Origin: an uncultured Bacteroides sp.
Lineage (GTDB): Bacteria; Bacillota; Clostridia; Oscillospirales; Acutalibacteraceae
Direction: 5' to 3'
DNA: 64,000 nucleotides
Assembly: GCA_964528285.1 (NCBI GenBank)
Contig: CAZGRZ010000003.1
Coordinates: 813-64,812, forward strand
The notes beneath the pieces were generated by a model, which worked only from the letters and a program-made list of their open reading frames with translations, had not been told where the DNA came from and searched no databases. The position numbers and the translations under genes are program-made. Shown piece after piece: positions 38,763 through 49,450 of the stretch (within the stretch, counting starts at the first letter, position 1; each line of letters starts with the position of its first letter).

Positions 38763-39482
38763 TCATTTTATATTTATTTCATTTGCAGTAAATTTATATT
38801 TAGGCGAATTTAGATAATCCTCAATGATATAACTGCATGTGTCATTTCCGATAACAATATGTTCAAGCAAAATTACTTTTAAATCAGTCAATATCTTTTT
38901 AAGCTCAACAGTAAAGTTCAAATCCGCCGCAGACGGATCTGCCTTAGCGTTCGGGTGATTATGTGTAAAATACACAAAGCGCGCCTTATCCCTAATAATA
39001 TGGGCAATTAGAGTTTTCCTGTCAATATAGGTTTCATCAATACCGCCATTACCGACACAATAATTACCTATAATTCTGTAATTGCCGTCAAGCGTAATAA
39101 GATAAGCCTTTTCAATTATTTCCTCACTCAAAAGGTTTTTGCAAAATTCGGTCGCTGAATTAAGCGAAAGCAATACTTTCAAATTATTGTTTCTGTTTGA
39201 CATTACTCTTTTATATATTGTTTTTATCAGTGAAATCTGAATAGCAGTTGCTTCGCCGACACCCTTGACCTCCATAAGCTGCTGAGGAGTTGCATTAATT
39301 ACACTCTCAAGTGTACCGAAGTAATTTAAAATCTCATAAGAGAGGGGTTTTACATCCTTTCTCGGAATAATACCTGTTAAAAATAATTCCAACAAGTTAT
39401 GGTCGGGCGCATTTTTCATTCCTCCGTCAATATATGACTGTCTGAGTCTTTCTCTGTGCCCTTCCCTGCTTAATTTCGGCAC
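38763..39482 (-). CDS. radC: RadC / JAB domain protein
   Basis: GHRERLR, HhH motif VKGVG, HNHP....PS..D, LLEHIVIG; GTG start. Confidence 0.88.
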   Translation of the reverse strand: MPKLSREGHRERLRQSYIDGGMKNAPDHNLLELFLTGIIPRKDVKPLSYEILNYFGTLESVINATPQQLMEVKGVGEATAIQISLIKTIYKRVMSNRNNNLKVLLSLNSATEFCKNLLSEEIIEKAYLITLDGNYRIIGNYCVGNGGIDETYIDRKTLIAHIIRDKARFVYFTHNHPNAKADPSAADLNFTVELKKILTDLKVILLEHIVIGNDTCSYIIEDYLNSPKYKFTANEINIK

Positions 39483-39495
39483 TTTAATTCACCTT

Positions 39496-39750
39496 CTACC
39501 ATTTTTTATTATCATATTCAGGACAATTTTTATTCTTAAGCAGAGCACGGACTTCAACATAGCATCCGCATTTAAGACACATACCGGAAATTAAATTGTC
39601 ACAGGTTTTGCAAATTGACAAACGCTTTATATATACATCACTGCTGACCTTGAGCTCATCACTCAAACTTGATATATAATCCTGAACAGTATTGTAAGAT
39701 TTTTTCTGCCCTGCCTCAAGCAGCAGACATCTTTTACACTTATTATCCAT
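39496..39750 (-). CDS. Small Cys-rich protein (DUF6171-like)
   Basis: CKRC, RLSICKTC, GMCLKCGCYVEVRA, CP...KW. Confidence 0.7.
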   Translation of the reverse strand: MDNKCKRCLLLEAGQKKSYNTVQDYISSLSDELKVSSDVYIKRLSICKTCDNLISGMCLKCGCYVEVRALLKNKNCPEYDNKKW

Positions 39751-41234
39751 TATTTAATAACAAATTTTACAACACTGCACGGAGGAATAACGGCAGTAAA
39801 ACCATCATCATTTTTTATAAAATCCGAAAACTCAACTGTTTTAATACTATCCTGTTTATCAAAGTCATTTTTATCATGAATATCGCCTGTCAGTATTTCT
39901 GCATTTACAGATTTAACGGCAGTATCCGCAACCTGGCATTTGATTTCTGCCTTTTCATCTACAGAAACATTTGCAATTGTTGAATAGATAATACCGTTCT
40001 CATCAACGGAAGCCGACTCAATAAGCCTTGGACATTTCCTCATTGCTTCCTTTGACTCAATTACATCTGTAGTTATATAAGAATCAAGCAGTGTATTATC
40101 CTGATGATTTTTATACATTTTGAAAACAAAATATGTAGGAGTAAGGACAATTTTATTTCCTTCTGTCAGAATAACTGACTGAAGGACATTAACCGTCTGT
40201 GCAATATTAGCCATAATTATTCTGTCGCTGTGCTTATTAAATATATTGAGCGTCAGAGCTGCGACAATTGCATCGCGCATAGTGTTTTGCTGATACAAAA
40301 ATGCAGGATTTGTACCCTTCTCAACATCATACCAAGTTCCCCATTCGTCAATAACAAGGTTAACCCATTGTTGAGGATTAACTGAATTCATAACAGAAAT
40401 ATGATTATTTATCAGCTCTTCCATACGGTATGCTTTGCAGATCGTTTTATAATAGTCGCTTTCAGTAAAATCGGTTGCCGAGCCTAAATTGTCCCAAGAG
40501 TCACCGCACAGCGTATAATAATGAAGTGATATGCCATGAGCCTTATGTTTAACCTTCTCCATTACTTGTCTTGTCCAGTTGTAATCTGCGGAATTAGGAC
40601 CACAGGCAATACGTTTTATTTTATTGTCATTATCATAATCCTTGATGAAGGAATTATACTGCTTGAACAAACTGCCATAATATTCAGGGTCCATATTTCC
40701 GCCGCAGCCCCAAGATTCATTTCCTACACCGAAATATTTTATTTTCCACGGCTTTTCTTTGCCGTTCTTTTTTCTCAAATCCGCCATAGGTGACTTACCG
40801 TCAAAGGTCATATATTCAACCCACTCATTCATTTCCGCCACCGTACCTGAGCCTACGTTGCCGTTAATATACGCATCACAGCCGAGCTGGGAACAAAGCT
40901 CAAAAAATTCATGAGTTCCGAATGAATTATCTTCAACAAGTCCTCCCCAGTTTGTATTGACCATTTTCTTTCTCTGTTCTTTAGGTCCGATGCCGTCCTT
41001 CCAGTGATACTCGTCTGCAAAGCAGCCGCCCGGCCACCTGAGAACAGGAACATTTATATCCTTAAGTGCATTAATAACATCACATCTCATACCGTTGACA
41101 TTCGGTATTTTTGAATTTTCTCCGACATAAATGCCGTCATAAATACATCTTCCGAGATGTTCTGAAAAATGTCCGTAAATATCCTTGTTTATTTTACTGA
41201 TTTTATGATTTGGATTAATCAAATACTTTTCCAT
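39750..41234 (-). CDS. abfA: Alpha-L-arabinofuranosidase, GH51
   Basis: [25 protein letters not shown] acid/base, DEWG nucleophile, [11 protein letters not shown]. Confidence 0.93.
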   Translation of the reverse strand: MEKYLINPNHKISKINKDIYGHFSEHLGRCIYDGIYVGENSKIPNVNGMRCDVINALKDINVPVLRWPGGCFADEYHWKDGIGPKEQRKKMVNTNWGGLVEDNSFGTHEFFELCSQLGCDAYINGNVGSGTVAEMNEWVEYMTFDGKSPMADLRKKNGKEKPWKIKYFGVGNESWGCGGNMDPEYYGSLFKQYNSFIKDYDNDNKIKRIACGPNSADYNWTRQVMEKVKHKAHGISLHYYTLCGDSWDNLGSATDFTESDYYKTICKAYRMEELINNHISVMNSVNPQQWVNLVIDEWGTWYDVEKGTNPAFLYQQNTMRDAIVAALTLNIFNKHSDRIIMANIAQTVNVLQSVILTEGNKIVLTPTYFVFKMYKNHQDNTLLDSYITTDVIESKEAMRKCPRLIESASVDENGIIYSTIANVSVDEKAEIKCQVADTAVKSVNAEILTGDIHDKNDFDKQDSIKTVEFSDFIKNDDGFTAVIPPCSVVKFVIK

Positions 41235-41313
41235 AAAAACTCCTAATAAAAAAGAACTTTTTTACATATTATAATAACTAAAAGAAATTGTCAATAAACT
41301 ATTTACTGTATTG

Positions 41314-41341
41314 TTGACAAATTATAATAGTATGTTATAAT
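41314..41341 (+). promoter_or_regulatory. Sigma-A promoter for peptidase-copA operon
   Basis: TTGACA-16 nt-TATAAT with extended TG. Confidence 0.7.
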
Positions 41342-41371
41342 AATCCTATAAAATTGATAGGAATTAATATT

Positions 41372-42442
41372 ATGCGACTGAATAAACTAACCGAGCTTGT
41401 TAAAAAAAATAATGCAGATGCAATGATTTTGTTCAACGAAAGCAATATGCACTATGCCTGCGGCTTTTCAAAAAGTGAAGGCACAGTAATAATAACTGCT
41501 GAAGGAAACGGATATCATATTGTTGACTCGCGATACACTGAAATCGCATTGGAATATTCAAAAAACAATGAGCTCAAAGTAATTGAAATGAGCAGATCTA
41601 TAATTGATGAGATTGAAAAGATATTCATAAAGCACAATGTCAGCAGTGTTTTATTTGAAAATGATACAATATCATATTCAAGATATAATCAGTTGAAAAG
41701 TAAATTTGAAAAGATTGAATTTATCAATCTGTCAAACCGGCTTATGCAGCTTAGAAATATAAAAGATATTGAAGAAATCAAGCTGATTAAGCAGGCAAAC
41801 AGTATTGCGGAAAAATCATTTTTTGAGCTTTTGCCTGAGGTAAAGGCCGGAAAAACGGAAAAAGAGCTTGCTGCTTTATTTGATTATATTATGACAAAAA
41901 ACGGTTCGGACGGAGTCAGCTTTGATACAATACTGCTTACAGGGACTCATACATCAATGCCGCATGGTGTTCCGAGTGACAGAGTTATAAATGACGGTGA
42001 TTTTGTACTGTTCGATTTCGGTGCAACAAAATGCGGCTATCATTCTGATATGACAAGGACAATTGCGGTCGGTCATGCAAGTGATGAGATGATTGAAATG
42101 TATAATCTTGTATTAAAAGCACAAATTGCAGGTATAAAGGCGCTTGATGACGGTGTGAAATGCGCCGATGTATATAAAGCTGCCTATGATGTACTTGATA
42201 AATATAATATGGGCAGATATTTCCGACACAGCCTCGGTCACGGTGTCGGTCTTGATATACACGAGGGATATAATGTCTCCCACAAAAGCAATCAAATCTT
42301 TGAAATTGGAAATGTTACATCAATCGAACCCGGAATATATATACCGGATAAATTCGGAATCCGAATTGAAGATTTACTTTATATTTCTCCACATGGCAGA
42401 GAAAATTTATCAAATATAACGAAGGAGTTAATTATAGTATAA
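41372..42442 (+). CDS. Xaa-Pro aminopeptidase (M24)
   Basis: PHG, DFG...YHSDMTRT, HSLGHGVG, EPGIY, GIRIED. Confidence 0.92.
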   Translation: MRLNKLTELVKKNNADAMILFNESNMHYACGFSKSEGTVIITAEGNGYHIVDSRYTEIALEYSKNNELKVIEMSRSIIDEIEKIFIKHNVSSVLFENDTISYSRYNQLKSKFEKIEFINLSNRLMQLRNIKDIEEIKLIKQANSIAEKSFFELLPEVKAGKTEKELAALFDYIMTKNGSDGVSFDTILLTGTHTSMPHGVPSDRVINDGDFVLFDFGATKCGYHSDMTRTIAVGHASDEMIEMYNLVLKAQIAGIKALDDGVKCADVYKAAYDVLDKYNMGRYFRHSLGHGVGLDIHEGYNVSHKSNQIFEIGNVTSIEPGIYIPDKFGIRIEDLLYISPHGRENLSNITKELIIV

Positions 42443-44553
42443 TGAAACAAAAATTCACAGTAACAGGAATGAGCTGTGCTGCCTGTTCTGCAAGAGTTGA
42501 AAAGGCAGTTGCACCAATCAGCAAAAGTGTTAATGTAAACCTGCTTGCAGGAACAATGACTGCAGAATATGACTGTGATACCGATGAGATCATTCAGGCG
42601 GTTAAAAAGGAAGGCTATGGATGTGAACTTTTCAGGCTTCAGAAATCGGATAATTCCGAAGAAATTAAGTTAATGAAAAAAAGGCTTATCGTATCTGTAA
42701 TCTTTTTAATTCCTCTTATGTATCTTTCAATGGCTCATATGATTGGGTATCGCCTGCCGTGGATTTTGGGCAATCATATACCAAATGCAATAGGACAGCT
42801 GATATTTCTAATTCCGATTTTAATTGTAAACAAGAAGTTTTTTACAAACGGCTTTTCCGCATTATTTAAATTAAATCCTAATATGGACAGTCTTGTCGCT
42901 GTCGGCTCGGGTGCATCACTTATATACAGTCTTATATCGATGCTTGCCTTCAGCAACAGTCATCTTTATTTTGAATCATCAGGAATGATACTTTCACTTA
43001 TCACAGTCGGTAAATTCCTTGAAACACTCAGCAAAGGAAAAACCAAGGATGCAATAAATTCATTAATTGATTTAGTACCTGAAAAAAGCATAATTCTAAA
43101 GGATAATCAAGAAACTGAAATAGATTCAGGTCTGATACAGAAAGATGACCTTGTGGTTATTAAACCCGGAATGAGAATTGCGGTTGATGGTATAATAACC
43201 AAAGGCTCCGGCTCTATTGACCAGAGTGCGGTAACAGGAGAAAGCATACCTGTTGACCTAAGTGTCGGTGATAAGGTAATCAGCGGAACAGTAAATGTAA
43301 ACGGCAATTTTATATTAAGGGCAACACAGGTAGGTGAAGAATCAACATTATCAAGAATAATTGCTCTTGTTGAAGAAGCATCATCATCAAAGGCGCCTGC
43401 ACAAAGACTTGCCGATAAAATTGCGGCAATATTTGTCCCGCTTGTAATTGCAATTGCAATTATTTCTTTTACAGTATGGATGATTATCGGAAAAGGCTTT
43501 GAATTTGCATTCTCAATCGGTGTATCTGTACTGGTAATCAGCTGTCCGTGCGCACTAGGGCTTGCAACGCCTTGTGCTATTATGATTGGTACGGGAAAGG
43601 GTGCGGAAAACGGCATACTTTTCAAAGATGCAACAGCACTTGAAAATCTTGGAAAATGCAACACCGTTGTTTTTGATAAAACAGGTACCATTACAAAAGG
43701 CGAAATGTTTGTTACAGACATAACCGATGAAAAGTATCTTGATATAATTTATTCGCTCGAAAATATATCCGACCACCCGATTTCCGCGGCAATATGCAAA
43801 TACTGTAAAGAGAACGGCGCAAAGCTCCTTGAGGTCAATAACAGTGATTATGAAATCGGAAAAGGCATTATTGCTGAAATCGACGGCAGGGTATACAAGG
43901 CAGGTAATGAAAAACTGACAGGACTTGCTGACAATGAATTCTCCTACAGTGGTAAAACACCTATAATATTAACCTGCGATGATAAATATCTCTGTACTGT
44001 TGCTGTTGCAGATAAAATTAAGGATGATGCAAAGGAAACAATTGAAAATATTAATGCCGATACAATTATGATTACCGGCGACAATGAGGTTACTGCTTAT
44101 GCAATCACTCAGCAGGCAGGCATTAAAAATTTTATTGCTTCAGCACTCCCTGAGGACAAGGAAAAGAAAATAAGAGATCTTATTGAAAGCGGAAAAACAG
44201 TTGCAATGATTGGTGACGGAATTAATGACTCCCCTGCTCTGACACGCGCTGATGTGGGTATAGCAATCGGTGCAGGCTCTGATATTGCAATCGAATCAGC
44301 CGATGTTGTACTTGTAAATGATAAACTGAGCGATGTAGCAAAAGCCATCCGGCTTTCAAAAAAAACATTAAAAAATATCAGAGAAAATCTGTTCTGGGCA
44401 TTCTTTTATAACTGTCTCGGAATCCCGCTTGCTGCCGGCTGTTTTTATGGGATCTTCGGCTGGACTCTCAATCCTATGATTGCGGCAGCGTGTATGAGTT
44501 TAAGCTCGGTAACAGTGGTAATGAACGCGCTGCGCCTGCGCAGATTCAAATAG
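42442..44553 (+). CDS. copA: Cu(I)-type P1B ATPase
   Basis: GMSCAAC HMA domain, TGES, CPC, DKTGT, HP, GDGIND, YN and MSLSS TM motifs. Confidence 0.92.
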   Translation: MKQKFTVTGMSCAACSARVEKAVAPISKSVNVNLLAGTMTAEYDCDTDEIIQAVKKEGYGCELFRLQKSDNSEEIKLMKKRLIVSVIFLIPLMYLSMAHMIGYRLPWILGNHIPNAIGQLIFLIPILIVNKKFFTNGFSALFKLNPNMDSLVAVGSGASLIYSLISMLAFSNSHLYFESSGMILSLITVGKFLETLSKGKTKDAINSLIDLVPEKSIILKDNQETEIDSGLIQKDDLVVIKPGMRIAVDGIITKGSGSIDQSAVTGESIPVDLSVGDKVISGTVNVNGNFILRATQVGEESTLSRIIALVEEASSSKAPAQRLADKIAAIFVPLVIAIAIISFTVWMIIGKGFEFAFSIGVSVLVISCPCALGLATPCAIMIGTGKGAENGILFKDATALENLGKCNTVVFDKTGTITKGEMFVTDITDEKYLDIIYSLENISDHPISAAICKYCKENGAKLLEVNNSDYEIGKGIIAEIDGRVYKAGNEKLTGLADNEFSYSGKTPIILTCDDKYLCTVAVADKIKDDAKETIENINADTIMITGDNEVTAYAITQQAGIKNFIASALPEDKEKKIRDLIESGKTVAMIGDGINDSPALTRADVGIAIGAGSDIAIESADVVLVNDKLSDVAKAIRLSKKTLKNIRENLFWAFFYNCLGIPLAAGCFYGIFGWTLNPMIAAACMSLSSVTVVMNALRLRRFK

Positions 44554-44565
44554 TTAAGACGCATA

Positions 44566-44605
44566 AAAAACAAAGTCATCGATAATTACCGATGACTTTG
44601 TTTTT
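44566..44605. terminator. Bidirectional terminator
   Basis: AAAAACAAAGTCATCG/CGATGACTTTGTTTTT. Confidence 0.8.
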
Positions 44606-44610
44606 ACATA

Positions 44611-45591
44611 TTAAGAATTTATTGCTGTTTTAAAGGCGCCTTCAACATCTGTAAGGTATTTAAATTTGTACCAAGGCGTATTTTCCTGTATCAATCTGCG
44701 CAGATACGGACAAATATCCTTATTAATAATATACTTGGTTATTTCAAAATCATCTCTTAGATTTTTGGTAAAATATGTAACATTATAGAAATGAAAATCT
44801 GTCAGCATAAGAAATACGCCCTGCTGAAATTTCATTCTTGTATTAGTCGGAACATCAATCAGTTTTGCCTTAGGTGAAGGTCTTGAATTTATAAAATCGA
44901 TATAATTTTCAATATCTTTTGAAGCATTGAATTTATTACGGCTTGAAATAATATCCTTCAGTGCATTCTTTATGTCAATCTCTTCAAAGCGCCCTGCATA
45001 AATACTGAGTTCGCTCAGCCATTTATTTGCTGTATTAATATCGGATGTATAGTCATTATCATTTTTAATTTCAATTACATAGAGAATTATATCATCCTTA
45101 TACGTTTCCCTGTCCTTCAGCGCAAATGACAAAGAAGGATAGATGCTTTTGGTAAAATCAATCAGCGGTGAAAAATTATTATAATGCTGAGAAAATGCAC
45201 AGATTTCATATAATGATTCCGTACTCACCTTACCCATTGTTTTACTGAATACATCGACAAAGCTTCCGAGCTTTGAATAATAGTTAAGAAGATACTCAGC
45301 ATCGATATGAACAATGCCCAAATCACTGTCACTGAAAAGTTCATCGGGATTGCGCAGCATTGTCGGGAGCAAATGCCTGTTGGAGGCATTGACACGCTCA
45401 CCGCGGTAAAAGAGCTGTTTGCCGGAATTGTAATCACTCATTAACAGTTTATTAAATTCTTCAACGGTTTCAATTCTTCTGCTGACCGCTGAAAAGTCAA
45501 AATCAAGTGTGTCATTTATACGCTCTTCTAAAATATTTAACTTTTCTCTTAATCTATCTTTTGCTGAAAACATAATTTCACTTTTAATCAA
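44611..45591 (-). CDS. FRG domain protein
   Basis: FYRGE, QHY...PLIDFT, N.RM..QQGVF. Confidence 0.8.
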   Translation of the reverse strand: MIKSEIMFSAKDRLREKLNILEERINDTLDFDFSAVSRRIETVEEFNKLLMSDYNSGKQLFYRGERVNASNRHLLPTMLRNPDELFSDSDLGIVHIDAEYLLNYYSKLGSFVDVFSKTMGKVSTESLYEICAFSQHYNNFSPLIDFTKSIYPSLSFALKDRETYKDDIILYVIEIKNDNDYTSDINTANKWLSELSIYAGRFEEIDIKNALKDIISSRNKFNASKDIENYIDFINSRPSPKAKLIDVPTNTRMKFQQGVFLMLTDFHFYNVTYFTKNLRDDFEITKYIINKDICPYLRRLIQENTPWYKFKYLTDVEGAFKTAINS

Positions 45592-47659
45592 TGGACATCA
45601 CCATCTGATAAGCAGATTCGGTTGCATTGACAATTCTGCCTATTTTGGCACTGTCGCCAATATTATAAACCTTATATAAATCGCTGTTTTTAATCTCGTC
45701 ATAAAGCACTGTATCAGGGCGAACTCCAAGTGATAATACAACATAGTCGGACTTAAGCTCTACCGTCTTGTGCTCCTTTATATTTTCAAGAACGACGCAA
45801 TCCTTTTTAATTGAAACCAATTTGTGAGAGGTTAAAAACTTAGTACCCGCTTTTTCAAGCTTAGGAAGTGCATCATCAAGCTGCTGAAACCAAGCGCCCG
45901 GTGCAATTGTATCTGCCATTTCTACAATAGTTATCCTGTTACCGTTTTCGGCAAGAAGCTCGCTTGTTTCAAGCCCGGTCATACCGGAGCCGATAACGAT
46001 AACGTTTTTATTTTCAAGCTTAATATTACCGTTCAAAACATCTGTTACTGTTGAAACATTATCACCTCTGAATGCATTGGGGAATACGGCATTTCCGCCT
46101 GTGGCATTTATTACAATATCAGGATTATATGAATTAATAATTTCCTTATCTGCTTTAACATTAAACTGAATGTCAGCGCCGAGTGCAATTACATTTTCAT
46201 ACAAATCCTTACATACCCATGACATCTTTGTTTTATGCGGCGGTTTGTCAGCAAGATTAAGTTGTCCGCCGACAGTATTTTCCTTTTCAAGCACAGTAAC
46301 ATCAAATTCTCTTTGTGCAAGAAGCTGAGCGGCAGTGAGACCGGCAGCTCCTGCACCAATAATAACGACCTTTCTGCCATTACCGTTATTTTTAAGTCTA
46401 ACATTTTCTCTTCCGACAAATGGATTAACAGAACATTGTCCGTGGTCATATTTATAAGCATTTTCCATCATGCTTTCAAAACAATACAGACAACATACAC
46501 ATCTTTTAATTTTATTTTCTTCGCCGTTTGCAGCTTTATTAACCCAGTATGGGTCAGCAATTAACGGTCTTCCTAAGGATACAAAATCCTGGATATTATC
46601 CTCAAGCTGCCTCTCTGCCTGCTGAGGGGTGCGAATAAGATTTGCGGCAATAACAGGAATATCAACCACCTTCTTGACTTCTTCTGCGAGATATTTTCTC
46701 CAGCCGCAGTCAAATGTAGCAGGCTCAAGCCAATAGTTGAAAGTATCATATGAAGCTGAGGAAACATCAATTGCATCAATGCCCTTATCACTGAGAATTT
46801 TAGCCATCTTCAGTCCGTCCTCCAGTCCATAGCCTTTGCCCGGCTTACCGATTCTGTCATACATTTCGTCAACAGTAAGACGAACTACTATCGGAAAAGA
46901 CTTGCCACAGTTTTTTCTGATTCCATCAATGATTTCAAGAAGGAATCTCATTCTGTTTTCAAGACTTCCGCCATACTCATCTGTACGCTTGTTAGTATTG
47001 GGAGACAAAAACTGCTGAATTAGATATCCGTGTGAGGCGTGGAGTTCAACACCGTCACAGCCTGCTTTTTTTACGCGTACTGCGCCTTCAACAAACTGAC
47101 AGATAAGTTTTTTTATACCTTTATTGGTAAGAGCCTTGTTAACACTATCACTGAGCTTGCTTTTTTCACATCTGCTCGGAGAAACAACGCGAGGAACGAA
47201 ATTTTTTTCCTGCAGCTTTTTACCCGGAGGTATAACGGCACCTGTTAAAATTTTTGTATACAGACTACTTCCCATAAGCTTTTCCCCTGCAATACACAGC
47301 GGAACAGTACCTATCATAAGCCCCAAATTCTGCCTGCCGGGATGATGAAGCTCAACCATAATTTTAGAACCGTGCTTATGTATTCTGTCGGCCATTTCTT
47401 TGAGCGCCGGAATTTGATAATCATGGCTCATACCAAGCTGACCGTATGAAGAAGCACCGGTAATATCATTTACTCTCGTAATTTCTGTAAAAATCAGACC
47501 TACTCCGCCCTTGGCGCGTTCCTCGTAATAGTTCATCATTGTTTCTGTAGCGCAACCGTTATACTGCCCGAAGCCCATACACATAGGTGCCATAACAACT
47601 CTGTTTTTAATTTCAACATTTCCTATCTTCATAGGTGTAAATAACTTGTTATATTTCAT
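45584..47659 (-). CDS. NADH:flavin oxidoreductase (Old Yellow Enzyme fused to Fe-S/FAD domain)
   Basis: KNRVVMAPM, HASHGYLI.QFLSP..N.RTDEYGG, RCVCCLYC...CSVNP, GAGAAG. Confidence 0.92.
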   Translation of the reverse strand: MKYNKLFTPMKIGNVEIKNRVVMAPMCMGFGQYNGCATETMMNYYEERAKGGVGLIFTEITRVNDITGASSYGQLGMSHDYQIPALKEMADRIHKHGSKIMVELHHPGRQNLGLMIGTVPLCIAGEKLMGSSLYTKILTGAVIPPGKKLQEKNFVPRVVSPSRCEKSKLSDSVNKALTNKGIKKLICQFVEGAVRVKKAGCDGVELHASHGYLIQQFLSPNTNKRTDEYGGSLENRMRFLLEIIDGIRKNCGKSFPIVVRLTVDEMYDRIGKPGKGYGLEDGLKMAKILSDKGIDAIDVSSASYDTFNYWLEPATFDCGWRKYLAEEVKKVVDIPVIAANLIRTPQQAERQLEDNIQDFVSLGRPLIADPYWVNKAANGEENKIKRCVCCLYCFESMMENAYKYDHGQCSVNPFVGRENVRLKNNGNGRKVVIIGAGAAGLTAAQLLAQREFDVTVLEKENTVGGQLNLADKPPHKTKMSWVCKDLYENVIALGADIQFNVKADKEIINSYNPDIVINATGGNAVFPNAFRGDNVSTVTDVLNGNIKLENKNVIVIGSGMTGLETSELLAENGNRITIVEMADTIAPGAWFQQLDDALPKLEKAGTKFLTSHKLVSIKKDCVVLENIKEHKTVELKSDYVVLSLGVRPDTVLYDEIKNSDLYKVYNIGDSAKIGRIVNATESAYQMVMSID

Positions 47660-47710
47660 AATTATCACCATAAAGTGAAGAGCAAGCACACGGCCCGCTC
47701 TTATTGATTT

Positions 47711-48244
47711 TTATTTCTTTTTACGTTTTCCCTGATGCTTATTCTCATTGAGTTTTGCTTTTTTAGCATCCTCTTGCTTTGAAAAAGAAACGAACCAGAT
47801 TACAATCAATACCACAATAAGTACTGCCGCAAAAATTCCTATGCCAATTTTTACAGCTTTCTTGACAACATTCAATTTTTCCCCTGCTTTATACATAAAT
47901 AATATAAGCGGATTAACAGTTTGGTTGCTTGCCTCATAAGTACCTGTTGAACCTAAATTGACCTCTTCCCCGTTATCATCATAATAATATACTTCAAAAG
48001 CATTCATTATATCAGAATCGGATTTAGAGTCATAATCAGTATTTTTTCTCAGATAGAATGTTATATTATAAGTCTCGCCTTCTTCATTTTCAAATTCGCC
48101 TTCAAGCTCCTTTGGCATAAGCGAATACATAAGTGAAGCGCTCATTGAATCCTTATTGATTACTGCAGCGGTTATTCCTGCGATTAATGCAAAAACAAGC
48201 AGCACTGATACTATTGCAGTAATTTTTTTCGCTTTTTTACTCAT
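47711..48244 (-). CDS. Hypothetical two-TM membrane protein
   Basis: N- and C-terminal hydrophobic helices, acidic loop, basic tail. Confidence 0.7.
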   Translation of the reverse strand: MSKKAKKITAIVSVLLVFALIAGITAAVINKDSMSASLMYSLMPKELEGEFENEEGETYNITFYLRKNTDYDSKSDSDIMNAFEVYYYDDNGEEVNLGSTGTYEASNQTVNPLILFMYKAGEKLNVVKKAVKIGIGIFAAVLIVVLIVIWFVSFSKQEDAKKAKLNENKHQGKRKKK

Positions 48245-48297
48245 CTTTTATCACTTCCCAAGACATTATAACAAAAAGAATAAAACAGGTCAAGAAA

Positions 48298-48320
48298 AAG
48301 GAACGGCTAATCCGTTCCTT
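48298..48320 (-). terminator. Intrinsic terminator
   Basis: AAGGAACGG/CCGTTCCTT followed by T-run on minus strand. Confidence 0.65.
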
Positions 48321-48325
48321 ATAAA

Positions 48326-49249
48326 TTATTTTTTACTTTTTTTCTGCTGCTTCTTTGCAAGCTTCGCTTTAGCCTCCTCAACAAGCTTTGCCTGCTCTTC
48401 TTCAGCAGCCTTTGCAGCCTCCCTGCGAGCCTTTTCTTTTTCAATTTCTTTTTTGCGTTCTGCTTCTTCCTTAACAGCTTTTCTGGCAAGGCGTTCTTCT
48501 TCCAAAACTTCATCGTTCTTGGCAGGTGCTTTTGCAACAGCAATATTAATTCCTGTTGCAACAAGCAGCAAAACAAGTGCGGCAAAATAGCCCCATGATA
48601 CAGACGCAGAAGCATTGATAATCGGCAAATTACCGAAGTTAAGCGCAATCTGACGTGACGCAATAGAACCGCTTACAATAAATATTACAAGTGAAGCAAC
48701 TGAAAAAGCAATTGAAATAATATCAAAAATGATAGTTGATTTTGTCTTTGGCTTTTTGCACATAATGATATTAAGCAAAAAAGCAATAACAATAAATAAA
48801 GCACTGAGGGCAAACAGAAGATATCCTGCTGTCATAAGAGTTACAGCACCGCCGTATCCTTCAAACTGCATATTCATAAGGAACAATTTTATATCACCGA
48901 AAAAAGCCTGAAAAAAATCAATAAGAGACTTATTACCCGACAAGGAAATTATACTCAAATCAAAGCTCTCACCGTCACTTTTAATTACAGCCCAAGGGAG
49001 AATAAAGCCGATTGCAGGAAGCAAAGTCAAAACAAGTCTTGCTATACGGAGTTTAGTTCCCCAGATAGAATAAGCAATTCTGTTCATTGTTCTATTGAAA
49101 ACGGCAAATTGTTTTTCTGCACGAGCATTATCTTCCTCAAGTCTCTGCTGCCAATTATAGTTTGGAATTGAAACGCCGCACTGAGAACATTCTGCTTTAA
49201 CATTCCAGATGTGAAGCTTTTTGCCGCAGTTCGGACAGGTACTTGCCAT
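48326..49249 (-). CDS. Hypothetical membrane protein with N-terminal zinc ribbon and charged coiled-coil tail
   Basis: CPNC...CSQC, about 4 TMs, E/K/A-rich C-terminus. Confidence 0.75.
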   Translation of the reverse strand: MASTCPNCGKKLHIWNVKAECSQCGVSIPNYNWQQRLEEDNARAEKQFAVFNRTMNRIAYSIWGTKLRIARLVLTLLPAIGFILPWAVIKSDGESFDLSIISLSGNKSLIDFFQAFFGDIKLFLMNMQFEGYGGAVTLMTAGYLLFALSALFIVIAFLLNIIMCKKPKTKSTIIFDIISIAFSVASLVIFIVSGSIASRQIALNFGNLPIINASASVSWGYFAALVLLLVATGINIAVAKAPAKNDEVLEEERLARKAVKEEAERKKEIEKEKARREAAKAAEEEQAKLVEEAKAKLAKKQQKKSKK

Positions 49250-49450
49250 AAAATGTACTCCCTTCATATTTATATTTTAATTTTATTTTATATTCAATTT
49301 CTATAATTGTCAATAATGTTTTATACATAAATGTTTTATACATACAAAATGCGCTTTAAAAAAGTATTGATTTAATATAAATATTATGATACTATAAATA
49401 TGTATTATTTTAATGCTTTTTATTTCAGTAAAATGAAATGAGGGAATAAT

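Noticed and set aside
38763-39482. radC as a marker of a mobile island
   Set aside because: Full-length chromosomal type with HhH domain; no integrase, att-like repeats or compositional shift nearby.
42609-42620. GGAAGGCTATGG resembling the element 3' end (similar hits near 12280 and 46830)
   Set aside because: These lie inside coding sequence (EGYG/KGYG codons) and have none of the rest of the core.
48326-48520. Low-complexity repeat-like DNA
   Set aside because: It encodes the E/K/A-rich coiled-coil tail and is not a CRISPR array or tandem repeat.
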